This document shows, piece after piece, positions 1 to 13,000 of a stretch of DNA of 64,000 nucleotides. A program made the position numbers and the translations under genes. This DNA comes from Stylophora pistillata (lineage: Eukaryota). Within the stretch, counting starts at the first letter, position 1. Each line of letters begins with the position of its first letter. Below the pieces are notes generated by a model, which saw only the letters and a list, made by a program, of their open reading frames with translations, was not told the origin of the DNA and ran no database searches. The stretch lies in assembly GCF_002571385.2 (NCBI RefSeq), contig NW_019218033.1, positions 215,576 to 279,575 of the forward strand, in the 5' to 3' direction.

Positions 1-214
1 AACGGCCTGCTCCCAGTTGGCTTGTTAGCTCAATTGGTAGAGCGCTGCACTAGTATCGCATTGGTCAGTGGTTCGCATCCCGTACAGGCCTGATTTTTTT
101 CAGGTCTGATTTTCGCTATTGCATAAATAGCGCTCTCTACTGCGAGGATCGTGCATCATACGTATCTATAACCGCAGTTCAAAATATATGAACTTCATAT
201 ATTCATCGTAACAG
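1..214 (+). mobile_element. tRNA-derived SINE (intronic in ABCC4-like gene)
   Basis: A-box-like TAGCTCAATTGGTAGAGC and B-box-like GGTTCGCATCC are followed by an AGGCCTGATTTTTTTCAGG hairpin and a non-tRNA tail. A related 3' part recurs at 2629-2750. Confidence 0.75.
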
Positions 215-780
215 TAAGTTGCTTAATTGGCATTATATGACTTATTCAGCAAAATTTTCATTCTACAGAAAATACGTCTGCCTTCTTCTAGTTACGATAG
301 ATCAGATGGCATATTTACGTTAAGTGAACCAAGAGAAAAGTGGCATCCAAAAAATTATTTGAGAGGATGTTACAGAAACCCGGCCTATAATCATAACAGG
401 ATGTAGTTTAGTGGTGGAGGGTTTCTTCCAAAGGGTGTGGAAGGCCTCCTATCTCTTTGGATAAAATGTGGTGGAATAATTATTAAAAGACATTCACGAG
501 AGTCAATTGCCCCTTCATGGAAACTTACAACATACATTAGAACTTGATCAAGTGTATTCCTTAAATTTTTTCATTACAAAGCCAGCAACGTGAAAGTTAT
601 AGAAATGAGTCTGTGGAGTTGTATATAACTGCAAAAAGATCTTGGTGAAGTTAAATGACAACTGGGTATAATGCTTGAAAAATAAGTGCTGATACCATCA
701 TTCAACAAGTAATAATAAAACAGAGCACAGCAACATAGTAGTTTCAAAGATATCAAAAGAAATGAAGGCAACAGTTTTAC

Positions 781-3700
781 CTTTTCTAAACAACACACTT
801 TGATAACATTATCATATCTGTCTGCCTCAAATGTCTGTCCAAATACAATATTCTGTCTCACTGATCCAGAGAAAATCCATGCTTGCTGTGGGACATAACC
901 AATTCTCCCTTTGATCTGCAGGCTGCCATCAGTGATGCATAGCTCACCCAGCAACATCATTAACAATGAAGACTATAGAGAAATTAATTATACCAACATC
1001 TTGATTTAAAACCAAATAACTTACAGTGAAGTGCACACCATGCATTCATGTCACATAAATCCCTACAAACTCCAATGAGTGAACAAGACAGAATTTCACC
1101 TTACCATATCAATACAAGATCAGCTAGACAAGTTTGGAGAATAACAAGAAATATCAATGCAGATCCAGGACCAAATTAATGAACATCAAAAGGATTGTAT
1201 GGCAGACGGTAAAAATAATTACCAGTGAGATCTTGGAAAAAAAAGGGTTGTTCCTAAAATATTTGAAAATGGACTGATTGTGTTTGTTATGTTTGAGGAA
1301 GATATAGTGGGAGGGTCAATACTTTCCCTCTAACTACACCCTTTTCTTAGTGTGACACTATTTATTTTATGTAACATTTGGAAATACTTGTGGCCAAGGG
1401 ACAGCCCATAGAGAACCAAAGGCATGTTAGTAAATTTTACAAAGATGTACCATCAAAACTATGACCTGTTTACATATGTTGCTAATTCAGTGTTCACCAC
1501 AAATTATAACCATAATACCTTTCCAGAACCAACTGGTCCAACAACCATGCAAAGGTCTCCCTATTACCATACAAAAATAGAGCATTCATTACTGTATAAT
1601 ATGAACTGAATTATACATTGATTTTTGATAGGTTTTTATTTATGATCTATGGGAGGAAAAAATTAATGTAGTTACCATTATCAATTGTTTCCTCTGGTTC
1701 AATGCTGAAAAGTGCACAGCTAAATTAACAGATAATTTTATGACAAATAATAAGATAATATTACCATGCCTACTTTAAAGCTGATGTCCTGTAGAGTAGA
1801 TCTATCAATCCTTTCCTATGACGAAGTCAAATAAATATACATCACTTGATATAAGTGAAAAAACATTTTTCACAAAAAATCAAATCAACACTCAAACCTG
1901 ACTCCAACTGCATGTCACATTGTGGACAGTCACACCAGATTTTCCTGACCTATTTGACTTTTGTTGTATTTTTTCAAAGCTTAATTCATCCAGCTCCAAG
2001 AATTCCTTGAGAGAAAGCATCAAACAAAACTAATTAAACATGGCAAATTTAACTGAAGAGAAAATAAAATTTTAACAAGATAAATTGTTACCCCCACTGA
2101 GTTCAAGGCAAGACCCACATCACACACATGGGTAAGAAAAAGAGTAACCTAACCTTACACAACTGAATTGCCTTCAAATGTGTTGAGATTAATTGTCTGA
2201 CAGTATTTCATAAATGCAGATTAGAGGTCACAGTCAAGGGTCATGGGTCACTGTTATCAAGTCCCAGGAACTGAAATACAGTTTTTCTTTTAACTACCAC
2301 TAAGTTAAGCAAATTAAGGCGATCAATTGACAATAGGACCTATTTTGCAACACAACAAAAACAAAAACAACATGAGCAGTGAGAACGGTCACAAATCCAC
2401 ATGAAACAAACTAGGCCTTAACACTCAATTGCATAGGAAACAACCTTATATTCTTAGATGTTAGCAAGATCGAGTGAATGCAGGTAATTGAAAGAAAAAC
2501 AAGTTCTATCGTTACTTGATTATCTCAATTTGTTCTACATTGTTGAAAATAATTGTATATAGCATCTGTATATATATATATATAACCTCTGCATATATAA
2601 CCTATAGCATCTGTATATCTGTATATATAGACCTGAAATTTTTTTCAGGTCTGATTTTCACTATTGCTCAAATAGTGCTTTACTGCGAAGGATCGTTCTC
2701 ATATACGTCTCATAACCGCAGTTCACACATATGTTTCATATGTTTGTTGTTATCTGTATATAATTGTAGATAACCACCTGTGATGGTTGTTAACTGGTTG
2801 TTAACTGGTTGTTAACTGGTTGTTATCAACTGTGTTGAAAATATTATTTAAACCAACTTTTATGATGCATCAGCTGAGTTTTCATTCAAAGAAAAAGCAG
2901 ATATGAAGTTTGGAGTCAGCAGTCAAAGAGCAAAAATTGCTCTAGACTATGCTTTGAGTAACTACTGTATTTTGCATCTTTTGTGCCTTTCAAACTTCAT
3001 ATCTTGATTAATTCATGTTGACCCATGCATGAACCAATTGCTCATGAATGCAAATAAAACGAAAGCTAAATGTACCAAGATGTACATAACAAGCTAGACA
3101 CAATCACCTGGATTCTCTTCACTGTTATTTTTGCCTCATTCAGCTTCTGAACTGCTGGAGGAAAATGTCTAGTCACTGACCTCTGGAGGGCATTTAAAAA
3201 AGCAATGGAGCTGAACACTTTGGCAGCAGTCAATGTATTTCCCAGTAGCACATAACCAGCAAAAGTTATACAACTGATGATATTCTGTGAGGCAAAATCC
3301 ACAGCCATGTTGAGGGCGCGCAGAAACATAGCCTTCCTAATCTTTGATATTTCAAATCTGTGAAAATTTACAAGTGGAAAATAAACTGGAATAACATTAT
3401 CACTGCAATGCACACAATTTATCTTACACAGTAAAATGCATAACTAAGAACAATATTATAATGTGATTGAATTTATGAAAATATAGATATTGGTCAGAAG
3501 TCACCTTAATTATAAATAATACTTGTAACACAAGCAGAATAGAATGACAAGCACTCATCGACAATAATCGTCAATAAATTATCCAACTACTAGATCAGAT
3601 GAAAACAAACAAGTTAATCACCCAGATATTATCTTAATATTTTAGGCAAATAAACATGAAACAGCTACAGAAGAGAGAGTAACTGTTCAGAGCTATTGAT

Positions 3701-6327
3701 CAGAATTACCATTTAGGTAATGAGCAACAAGGCACATCTAAAATATAATTACTAAGTATTAATACATACTTGTAAATTATATAAGTTTCTGAACAAAATT
3801 AAACCTTAAACATTCAAGCTTATATATAGATGTCTACATTAACTCCTGATTAGCAATGATACTGGGACATTTCTCACTCACCTTCTTAAGTTTTTGATTA
3901 GTTTGCTGAATGACAATTCCCAAGTGGAAATCTTTACAACCCTTACTCCAGATATAATTTCATTCATTCTATTGCATCTTTCATCACTCAGCCTTGCTGT
4001 TTTAAGTCTAGAGGGAAACTGCAGGTTAAATACTGATAATTTTTAAATTTAATTACCAAATATTGATTACATGTTCAATTTGAAACATTCTTGACACCAC
4101 AGACTTAACCAATATTACTCAAATGTCAAAGCAAAACATTAATTGGTTTACATAATTTACAAGTATCTTTCTCTCTGCAGAACGCTAAATGTATTTTATT
4201 TGCTGTTTTTGTCAAACACTGTGATGTACACTGTTTACACCTGCATGCCTGCATTTAAATATGCATTATTTACCTCGACTTAAGTCGCAAATGGTACATG
4301 TAGTTAAAAAAAAACACTCCTTCAATTTGATTTACAGTAAAAGAGCTAAACTTGCAACATACACCCTTTCACTTGGTTCAAAATACGGCTACTTGGTTGT
4401 ATTGAGTTCGGGGCCCCTGTATGGGTCATTTGTGCTCTGTAAGTCTACATGTCTAGCTTTTCTGACTTGATTTGGCAGCTCATCAGTCTTCAAATCTCAA
4501 AAAATCCTTCATTCACAATTGATTCATGTTTTGCACCTCAATGTCTTCCAGTTATAATTAGCTCCCTTATTTGAATCTTTTTTTTCACATTTTTAATGTT
4601 CACCCTACATCCCTCACACCACAACACATATTTTGCAGTGTTCCTAATAATTTGAAACTGAATAAGCAAGCTCTCTTAAACTTTTTCAAAGATCTCCCAT
4701 GAGAAACATTGTTATATTTATTCATTACATTTGAGTTACTTAGATAGACCTAATTCTGACTAAAGTTAAGATCATGCAGTCCACATCTATAGTTCCAACA
4801 TTACTATGATGGCAATTATCAAACAGCAACCTTCCACTCAGGAATTATAAGTAAAAGAATAATAAAAGATATTACTAATACTTTTACATTTATAAAACAG
4901 CCAATGAGAAGCTGACAGTTGACTCAGCACTCTAGATGGTAAATTCTTACCTTAAAATTGCAAACACTCTACCCAGATGTGACTGATAAAGAATTAGGAG
5001 AAGCATAATTGCCAGAGGAACAAAGCAAGAAACTCCCAATTGAATCCATAGCAAGTACATTGTGGCAACCATTTGAACAGGAGTAATCCAGAGAAAGTGC
5101 AAATAGCTGACAAACTGAATTAAAACACAGAAAAACAGAGATCAATAATTCATGAATTCATGAATAAAATAACAACTTAAAAAAATGTTCATTTTCAATC
5201 AAAGTAAAACTGACAAAAAATAAAACAAGCCTGCAGAAATTAACAACAACCAAATTATACGTCATACCTGATCAAAGCTCTGTGTATCAGTGGACACAAG
5301 ATTGACTACATGACCAGTCATGACTCCTTGACCCAGTCTTAAAGACTAATATGCACACAAACAAAAATGAGTTGAGATAATTTTTTTTAGTTCTTGTTGT
5401 GACAGCTGCATACAAGGGATCATAAACATCTCAAAATAATTTCACAGTGGCATCTCTGGCACTTAATTGAAAACATAACTTTCCTTGCAGAAACATCCTA
5501 ATAGGTTTGATCTGCAAATCACGGAGACTTTGAAAAAAAATGTTATTTATTTGAAGAGAGAGCATTTTACCACTCCAATCAACAACTATTGCTCAAAGGA
5601 GCTGCTAAATGGCATGCACTAAAATTCGGAACACAGGAACACCAGAACATGCCTTGTTGTATGAAATAAAAAATGGAATGCCATGAAATAAGAAAATAAT
5701 TTATAATTCACCCGCAAATTTAAAAAAAGCACAGTTTAATCCCAATTGGTGCCTAGAGGATAAACCAAAAGAGCAACATTGAGGTTCTTGAGCTGACCCC
5801 AATAACTTATCATTACCATTACTATTGTTATCACAGACTGTTAATATAATTATTGTTGTTGTAATTAATATGATTATTTTTCACCATTTGATTATTGTTT
5901 GAATGTAAATCATATTCTTAGATCATCTTTTGCTAATGGAACATAGATGTGTGATGTGCATGTGGCAGGTTTTTCTGTTTTGAGACAAATCTTCTGCAAC
6001 ACTACCTTCTAGTATCATTATGAAACCTCCAATTCTTTTTGAAATACTATAAAAATTTTGCCACATCAGTACCCACATGCAGTCTTAAACCAGCTTTCAA
6101 GCTAGCCTCTTTAAATTATTATTATTATATTAGGCAATAATAGCTCAAGTGATGTTTCAAAATTGTCCAAAATACTGAGAGCTGCCAATCTATGAGTGGT
6201 ATTTGGAAAATTCTGAAAGATTATGAACCATTATTGTTGCACATCTAAAATGACAGCAGTGGCTATAACTCAGACAGAAAAGTTGAAGAGACTGTAAGAT
6301 CCATATGACTGCACTCTATTTAAAATA

Positions 6328-6381
<54 letters not shown>

Positions 6382-9300
6382 AAGGAAAAAACCTCACATT
6401 CCACTATATTGAAAGGCCTGTCAGGTCAGAGTCAACCTCCCTTAAGGTTATGTAATATGAACACCATTAAGTAAGGATCAGTAAATTACATATTAATTAA
6501 TATTTGCATAATGAAGTACTTGCCTTTCTAAAAACACATCCAGTTGTTGCTATTCTTAAATGCATTCCAGCTCTGTGACCATTAAAAAAGTCCAGTTGAT
6601 GAAGAATGACAGACAGTGTGGAGGCAACTGTAACAGCCATGGCATAGAAATAAGCTTCTAACTTTGTGATACTTGAGTTGGGAATGAAATATGACACAAG
6701 ATAAAACAGCAAGATAGGCTGAACAGTCCTGATGCTTTCCTGTATAGGAGAAAGAAAAAAGACAGAAACTTGTAACCTAATTATTATTTTAAATCAAATC
6801 TGCTGCAAACAGTGAAAAATATATTACCTTTGACACCTAAACACAACTTTGAAAGTCATTTGCTACAACTACATGAGTAAACTTGCATGCCAGAATCTGC
6901 TTCTCTACTATAGTTGAGCCTAAGTTATCCAGAGTTGTGGGGACTGAACTCAATAGTTTGGATAATGAAGAGTTCAGATAATAAAAAATATGAATATTAA
7001 TGAGCCAAAAATAAAACCGAATATGCATCATTTAAATCACTATACATCAGTGCTTGCATTTGCCAAAAGTTATTAAAGCTCACCAACAAATCTTTTTTGA
7101 CCTAAAATGTTGATGTAGATCAGTTTGTTCCTAGCTACTACAGCATGTGCACATCACTAATTCTATGGGCAACCTTATATGCCACATTTAACAACTCAAA
7201 GATGGAATCCTGGAGTGCCTGAAAATTACCCCATATCCTAAAAGATGGAATAGCAGAAAATCACCCCAAAGCTAACAACAGAACAGCGAAAAATCACCCC
7301 AAATCCTAAAAGAAAGAATGGCACAAAATAAACTCAAATTCTAAAATACAGAATGATGGAAAAATTACTACAAATACTGAAAGATGGAACAACAAGTTGT
7401 TTTTGGATATTTGGATATTTTGAAAGGGCAAGCAACTTACATTAAGGAAGCCAAACACACCAACATAGATCAGCTCAACAAAAGCAAACCTTGCTACAGC
7501 TTTACCCAAACTTGGTTTTCTGGCTGAAAATGCTGCAGCTGCAACTTCTTTGGACCACTCACTACAAAAATTAAATCATAGAGATCACTCAAAAAGAAGC
7601 AAAACTCAACACTTTCTAAAAATGGATACAAGCAACAAGTCTGGATAAACAAAAACTGTAGATGGTAAAAAACCTTGAATAATTTGGTCAATGACATAAA
7701 GCACAATTGCCTGGATGTGAGAAATCAAGAAGGGTCTGCAAGTGAAAAAACAACTCATCATGTGATTTGAGTGGAAATGTCTGCCAGTCTGAGGGTTTAT
7801 GTGTCACTCACTGGTGTTGTATACACAGGCCGATACATTCTCCAGGTTGTAACACTCAGATGGAGTTTATCAGTTAACTAAAGTTTCTCAGTATGGATCC
7901 ATTACATGTTTCAAACCTTTTGATATTTGCATTTCACCTCTTTAACATGGCCTGCTTGGTTTTTTTTTTTTTTCTGAGAAAAAAAAAAGATACATCATCA
8001 TTAATTTTTTCCAGCCAACCTCTCCAAATCTGCAACCAATGTTTCTGCAGAGTCTTCCTTGAGTACTTGATACAAGTCATATGGCTCCAAGCGCCTATCG
8101 TATCCTTTACTGAAAAGTCCATTAAGCCACCTTGAAAACAAAAAGGAAAAAAGATATGTCGATGCAAATTTACTCTTTCATAGACACCAGACTGTTTCTC
8201 CATAGTCAGTTCCTGTACTATAACATTCTAATAAATATAATGGTTAAATTATATTGTTTGAACCCAGAGATGACATTTGATCATTCAGTCTGATAGTCCA
8301 GGTGAGAGTATAAACCTGAGAAAGAATGTTGTCACTAGTAGTGACTGTTTCAACAACCTAAGCAGAAATCATCACCAGACTCAAGTAAGGAGTCGTCCTA
8401 TCTTCCCCAGCTGTGGCTGCCTCATTCCAGCTTCTCAGCTCGTTTGACTGTCTTTAGTCAACTCTCTTGGCCTACTTAACTTTAACTTAACTTAAATTAA
8501 CTTTAACTTTATTTATAGAGGGAAGGGTACCCAGGTGAGCCCATTGCATACATTTAGATGACTGATATGGTCCAGCTGAGTGGCATGCCCTTTGATGAAG
8601 TGGTACCTCTAGTTTAAGGAAATCCCTAACATAAAAAACCCTGCACCTCCAGGTTAGCGTTGGAGGTTGGGGTTGGGGGTTGGGGGTTGGGGCTTGGGGA
8701 TTGGGGATTAGAGGTTGGAGGTTTAGGGTATGAGGTTGGGGATTGGAGGTTGAGGGTTGAGGTTGATGGTTGGGGATTGGGGATGGGGGGTTAGAGGTTG
8801 GAGGTTTAGGGTATGAGGTTGGGGGTTGGGGATCGAGGGTTGAGGTTGACGGTTGGAGGTAGAGGTTGGAGTTTGGGGTATGAGGTTGGGGGTTGAGGTT
8901 AGGGGTTGGAGGTTGGGGTTAGGGGTAATGGAGGTTGGGGATTGAGGTTGNNNNNNNNNNNGTTGAGGGTTGAGGTAGGGAGTTGGGGGTTGGAAGTTGG
9001 GGGTTGGGGGTTGGGGGTTGGAGGTTAAGGATAGAGGTTGGGATCAGGGGCTGGTAGTTGGGGTTAAACCCCTTTTAAGCCTGTTATGGAAATTACAATC
9101 TCAAACTTCCAATCTTTCTTACTGTCATTTCCTTACACCTTACACTCTTGTGAACTTCTGCATAAGGACCAAAGACAATCTAGAGCCGTTTATACTTCCG
9201 CCTGAGACAGGCTTGAATAACGGTTGACCGATCTGATTTCAGCCACCCTGTTATATTGATTCAGGGGCCATATACCCCATGAACTCACTTCATTGATACA

Positions 9301-9671
9301 TGTACGGTCGTAAATGTGTAGCATTAGTGAACTCGACCTGACAATACCAAATCCTCAATTTACTTTTCAACTGTCCAAGTACGTTATGCGTCAATCTAAA
9401 TAAATTCTACATAAAATTGTTGGGCATGCAAACATAAAATGAAGTAAACTATGTAAATATTCTCAACGTTAGTGTAAATAAGAAAACGAATGGCTGTTTA
9501 CAAACGCGATAAAACATTTAGAGACGTATGCAGACCTTAATCCTAATATCAGCTTAATATCAGCTACATCTTATAGTTAATTCACGATTACCAGAAAGTG
9601 AGACGAGACAAGAACGATGCCTCAGCCATTGGACTAGGTAGGCTGTTGTGTTGCTTTTCGGACAAATCCAT
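781..9671 (-). CDS. ABCC4: ABCC4/MRP4-like ABC transporter, 5' part (12 exons; TMD1 and start of NBD1); continues beyond the left edge
   Basis: Exons read manually: 9671-9592 (MDLSEK...ASFLSRLTFW), 8130-8020 (WLNGLFSKGYDRRLEPYDLY), 7561-7441, 6739-6524 (QPILL...HRAGMHLRIA), 5345-5268 (TGHVVNLVSTDTQSFDQ), 5114-4951 (LHFLWITP), 4007-3882 (DERCNRMNEIISGVRVVK), 3357-3108, 2005-1898, 1815-1765, 1560-1519 (Walker A GPVGSGK), 972-781 (SSLL...YVPQQAWIFSGSVRQNI). Phases are consistent and there is no TMD0, so this is a short-type ABCC. The exact paralog is uncertain. Confidence 0.9.
2629..2750 (+). mobile_element. 5'-truncated copy of the SINE at 1-214
   Basis: CCTGAAATTTTTTTCAGGTCTGATTTTC...CTGCGAAGGATCG...TAACCGCAGTTCA closely matches 89-185. 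Confidence 0.7.
2783..2826. repeat. 11-bp tandem repeat (TGGTTGTTAAC)x~4
   Basis: Seen directly. Confidence 0.85.
6330..6379. repeat. poly(A) tract, ~50 nt
   Basis: Seen directly, in ABCC4-like intron 4. Confidence 0.95.
8255..8390 (-). mobile_element. Penelope-like element terminal repeat remnant
   Basis: GTCTGATAGTCCAGGTGAGAGT...GTGACTGTTTTCAACAACCTAAGCAGAA resembles 28948-29027 and 39796-39825. Confidence 0.6.
8655..9066 (+). repeat. G-rich degenerate array (GGGGTT/GAGGTT/GGGGGTT), contains an 11-N gap
   Basis: Seen directly: dozens of G2-G6 runs separated by TT/TA. Confidence 0.9.
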
Positions 9672-10055
9672 TGTATCTACACTACTATCCAGCTACATCC
9701 AATTACAACGCGAATTAATCTGAATTTTGAAAAGATGACGCTTTCTTGTGTTACCACTGGCGTGACATGAGTCCACCTCACTGCCCTAACTAATCAATTG
9801 TTAATTGAAGAACTAATAGATCGCGTGCTCAGTCACAATGCGGTGATTTCAGTTGGATGAATCGCGCATGCAATAGAACACTGCAAACACCACAGGACAT
9901 CCAATGCTACTCAGTATGCTACTCCCAGCCCTCCCTTGGCTAGGTTACCTTGCATTAATATGGCGGACAACGAAGGTTTCCTTTAGGAAAATAAAAATAA
10001 CAATTCTGTTTCGTATGTTAAAACTCGTCAGTCAGTTATAGTTTCAGCTTGAAGT
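9672..10055. promoter_or_regulatory. Putative bidirectional promoter ABCC4-like / FIS1
   Basis: Divergent ATGs at 9671 (-) and 10056 (+). The region is locally CpG-rich and has AATATGGCGG (YY1/TISU-like) at 9957. Confidence 0.7.
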
Positions 10056-13000
10056 ATGGATGAAGTTCTCTCAGAAGGAGACGTAAAGGTGAGACAAATG
10101 TGTTGTTTATGGTCTCTTTATTCTCTGTGATAAGCAAGTGAAACACGACCTTTGAAACAGCCCTTTGAAGAGTACGTAATGCACACGGTAATTTAGAACC
10201 AAAATGTCAGTTTGGAATTCCGAGCGTGTTGAATTGCTCCATCATGTACAGTTAGCAATTTAAGTTATGCTTCGTCTCTTTCCCCTTGCCAGTACACAAA
10301 TACAAATATTTCAAGTTTATATTATTAAATAAACTTAAATAAAAGGCTTGCTGTCATTTGCAATACGAAACGAAAGGAAAATCTGTAATTTGTGAAATGA
10401 AAATGTAATTTTCGAAATGGGAATCTGTAGTTTTCAAAATGCAAATTACCTTCCTGGGCCAAACTCCTCCTGTTAAAAGAGTTTTATTGTAATCCTCAAA
10501 GCTGATGTGCTTCTTGATCACATTCATTGTGACTCCTTTGCATATTATTGCTGCTCAAGAGATGAAGTCATTGACTTTCCTGAATTTGTTGGTCCAACTA
10601 TTAATGTATTGAATGGAATATTATCAGGGTTCATTTTCATCAAAGAAGTTCAAAAGTCACACTCATTAGCCCTCTGTTCACAATTTCATGTTAAACCCCT
10701 CCCATCAATCTTGTCCCTCTACAATTCAAGGCTGATGATTAATTGACTATCTTTGAAAACGTTTTTAGTTTTGTTTTTTTTTTTTGCATCTCATAAAAAC
10801 TAGAACCTCATGGACTTGAAAGTCTCAGTTAAGAAGTTCTGCTTCAGAATTCATAAACTCAAACAAATAGAAATTGACAAGCAAGAAACTTAAATAATTT
10901 CAGAACCTTCAACAGAAGATAATTTACAACAAATTGAAGTATAAAAATAAAAAAAAGATTATATTAACTATTTAAATCTTGTGAAAGGTATAGCAGATTA
11001 TGTATATAATGTGTTACTTGTTCCAGATAATGATGAGTATAATAGGAGATTTTTTAAGTATAAATTGGACACAATAATTTGTGACGAAATGATTGGATAG
11101 GATTTGAAATTGCTGAAATACTTTTACAAAAACATATTCAATGCTTCAGAGGCATTTAGAAGGTTTTTGGTGAAAGAAAAAAATTAAAATTATAGACCCT
11201 TTCGATCTCTTAATTCATTGTTTGTAATTTCTCATTTCAATATCATCAGGTTCTAAGCATGACATTTTCACTGAAACTATAAACTAGATAGCACTCAAAG
11301 CAATTATAACAAGAGGTACATATTAGAAGACAAGATCTCTACTCTTGCTTACAAAAGTAGTGAAAATTATGAAATTATGAAACCATGAAATTAATGATGA
11401 TGGGAATCGATGTGAAATAAATTGTGTCAAGTTGATTGTGGGTCGTGCTAGAACTTTAATAATCCTAATATTGTCAGATATTGACTGGAAAACACTGTTG
11501 GACTTAACAAGGGCAAACAGTTTTGAGATCCAAGGGAATACAAAAACTGCCTTGTGGCAGCAGAAATTGGAGTTATCAATGGTTGGAGTTACCAAAGGTT
11601 GAATGATTCATAACAAATGTATAGTCAAAACCAAACCATATGAAGTTTAGATAGGTATTGCTCACTTAGATTTAACTGTTGATGATCTTGAAGGAATATG
11701 TAATGTCATGTATGTCCTTTTTTAATGTCATGGTTTTTCTAAAACTTTTTTAGCGTTTTGAGGACCAATATAATGCTGAAGTTGAAAGAGGACAGGTGTC
11801 TTCTGTTACACAGTTCAGTTATGGTTGGTGTTTGATCAAAAGCAGCAATAGAAGTGAAATTTTAAAAGGGGTTCTTCTCCTGCAAGGTGAAGTATGTGTT
11901 GTGCATTAACAAAATCCCTTTGTGATGGTCCTGAAGATAGTTATTTCTCAGTATTAAATTTTTTTGTAGAGGAAGGGACAACGCACAGGGTCCTAATTAA
12001 AAGAAGGTTAAAGTGAATAGTAATTCCCTTTGGAAACTTTTGGCAAAAAAGAATCTTATTATCAGGAGTATTGCTCTTTTCTTAATTTTTACTACAAGGG
12101 CTGGAAATGAATGAATACTATTTGCTTGGTCCCTCCAGCACAGTGCGTTAATTATGGTAAAATATGTGAAGAGCCTACAATCAGTGACAAAATTTGACCC
12201 CAAAACAGTGTTGTATCATGATTCCAGGAACCTTTAGCTGCATGCAAGCAACATTTAATTGTGGAGCAGGGAAGGGAGGGGGGTCCTGTGAGTGATTTAC
12301 GGTGTGATAGAAACAGGAGTGTTATACTATACATAAAATTACCCTAAAAACATGATGTGTGGAGTAAGTTTGACACTTATTGTAGCTTCTCACACAAAAT
12401 AGTCTAAGTGCAGTCACACTGGTCTTTTAGTTGAAGATTCTCTTTGGTTTTCTATCTGCCAATGGAAATTACATGGGTTTTGTTGGGTCCAAAGGTTCTT
12501 TTTCCCAAATTTTATCACATCATGATGCTTGATAGAAAAAAAAATTAAAAACTGATTCATATTTCTTGTCCATTACCAGTAATGTAATTGTCTCCCATTT
12601 TTTAATTGCTGCCTTGACCTTAGATGAAATGTCTTGAGTGGTAGGAATCTTCCCAGTTTTTTTTTCTCTTTCTTTCTTTAATTGACTGTAGGGTTATGTC
12701 ATAGTGGAACTGATCAAAGAGATTACCTTTACTTTATTGCAGAAGGATATTACAAACTAAATGTGAGTGACATAGGAAAACTTCTTGTTGTTATGAAGTT
12801 GGGTTATGCTTACTATTTGATGGCATCTGTTTCATTGGTTGATATGTGGAACCAAAGACAATTTTTTTTCACACACAGCATGTAGACCAAGAACAAGGTT
12901 AAACACTCTGCTTTATAACTTTTCATCTGCAGAATAAAACTTACAGGTGTCACTTGTAACAAGAATATGTATCTCCAACAAATTGTAAATTATAAAAATT

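Noticed and set aside
19-95. tRNA gene
   Set aside because: A/B boxes are present, but it continues into a SINE body that recurs at 2629, and the anticodon and T arms are imperfect. It is a SINE head.
8655-9066. True telomere or chromosome-fusion site
   Set aside because: Few exact TTAGGG units, no head-to-head inversion, and it lies inside an intact intron.
9960-9986. MADNE... as a misplaced importin-alpha N-terminus or FIS1 first exon
   Set aside because: It hits a stop whether spliced to 10048 or unspliced. The resemblance to the human KPNA4 start is coincidental.
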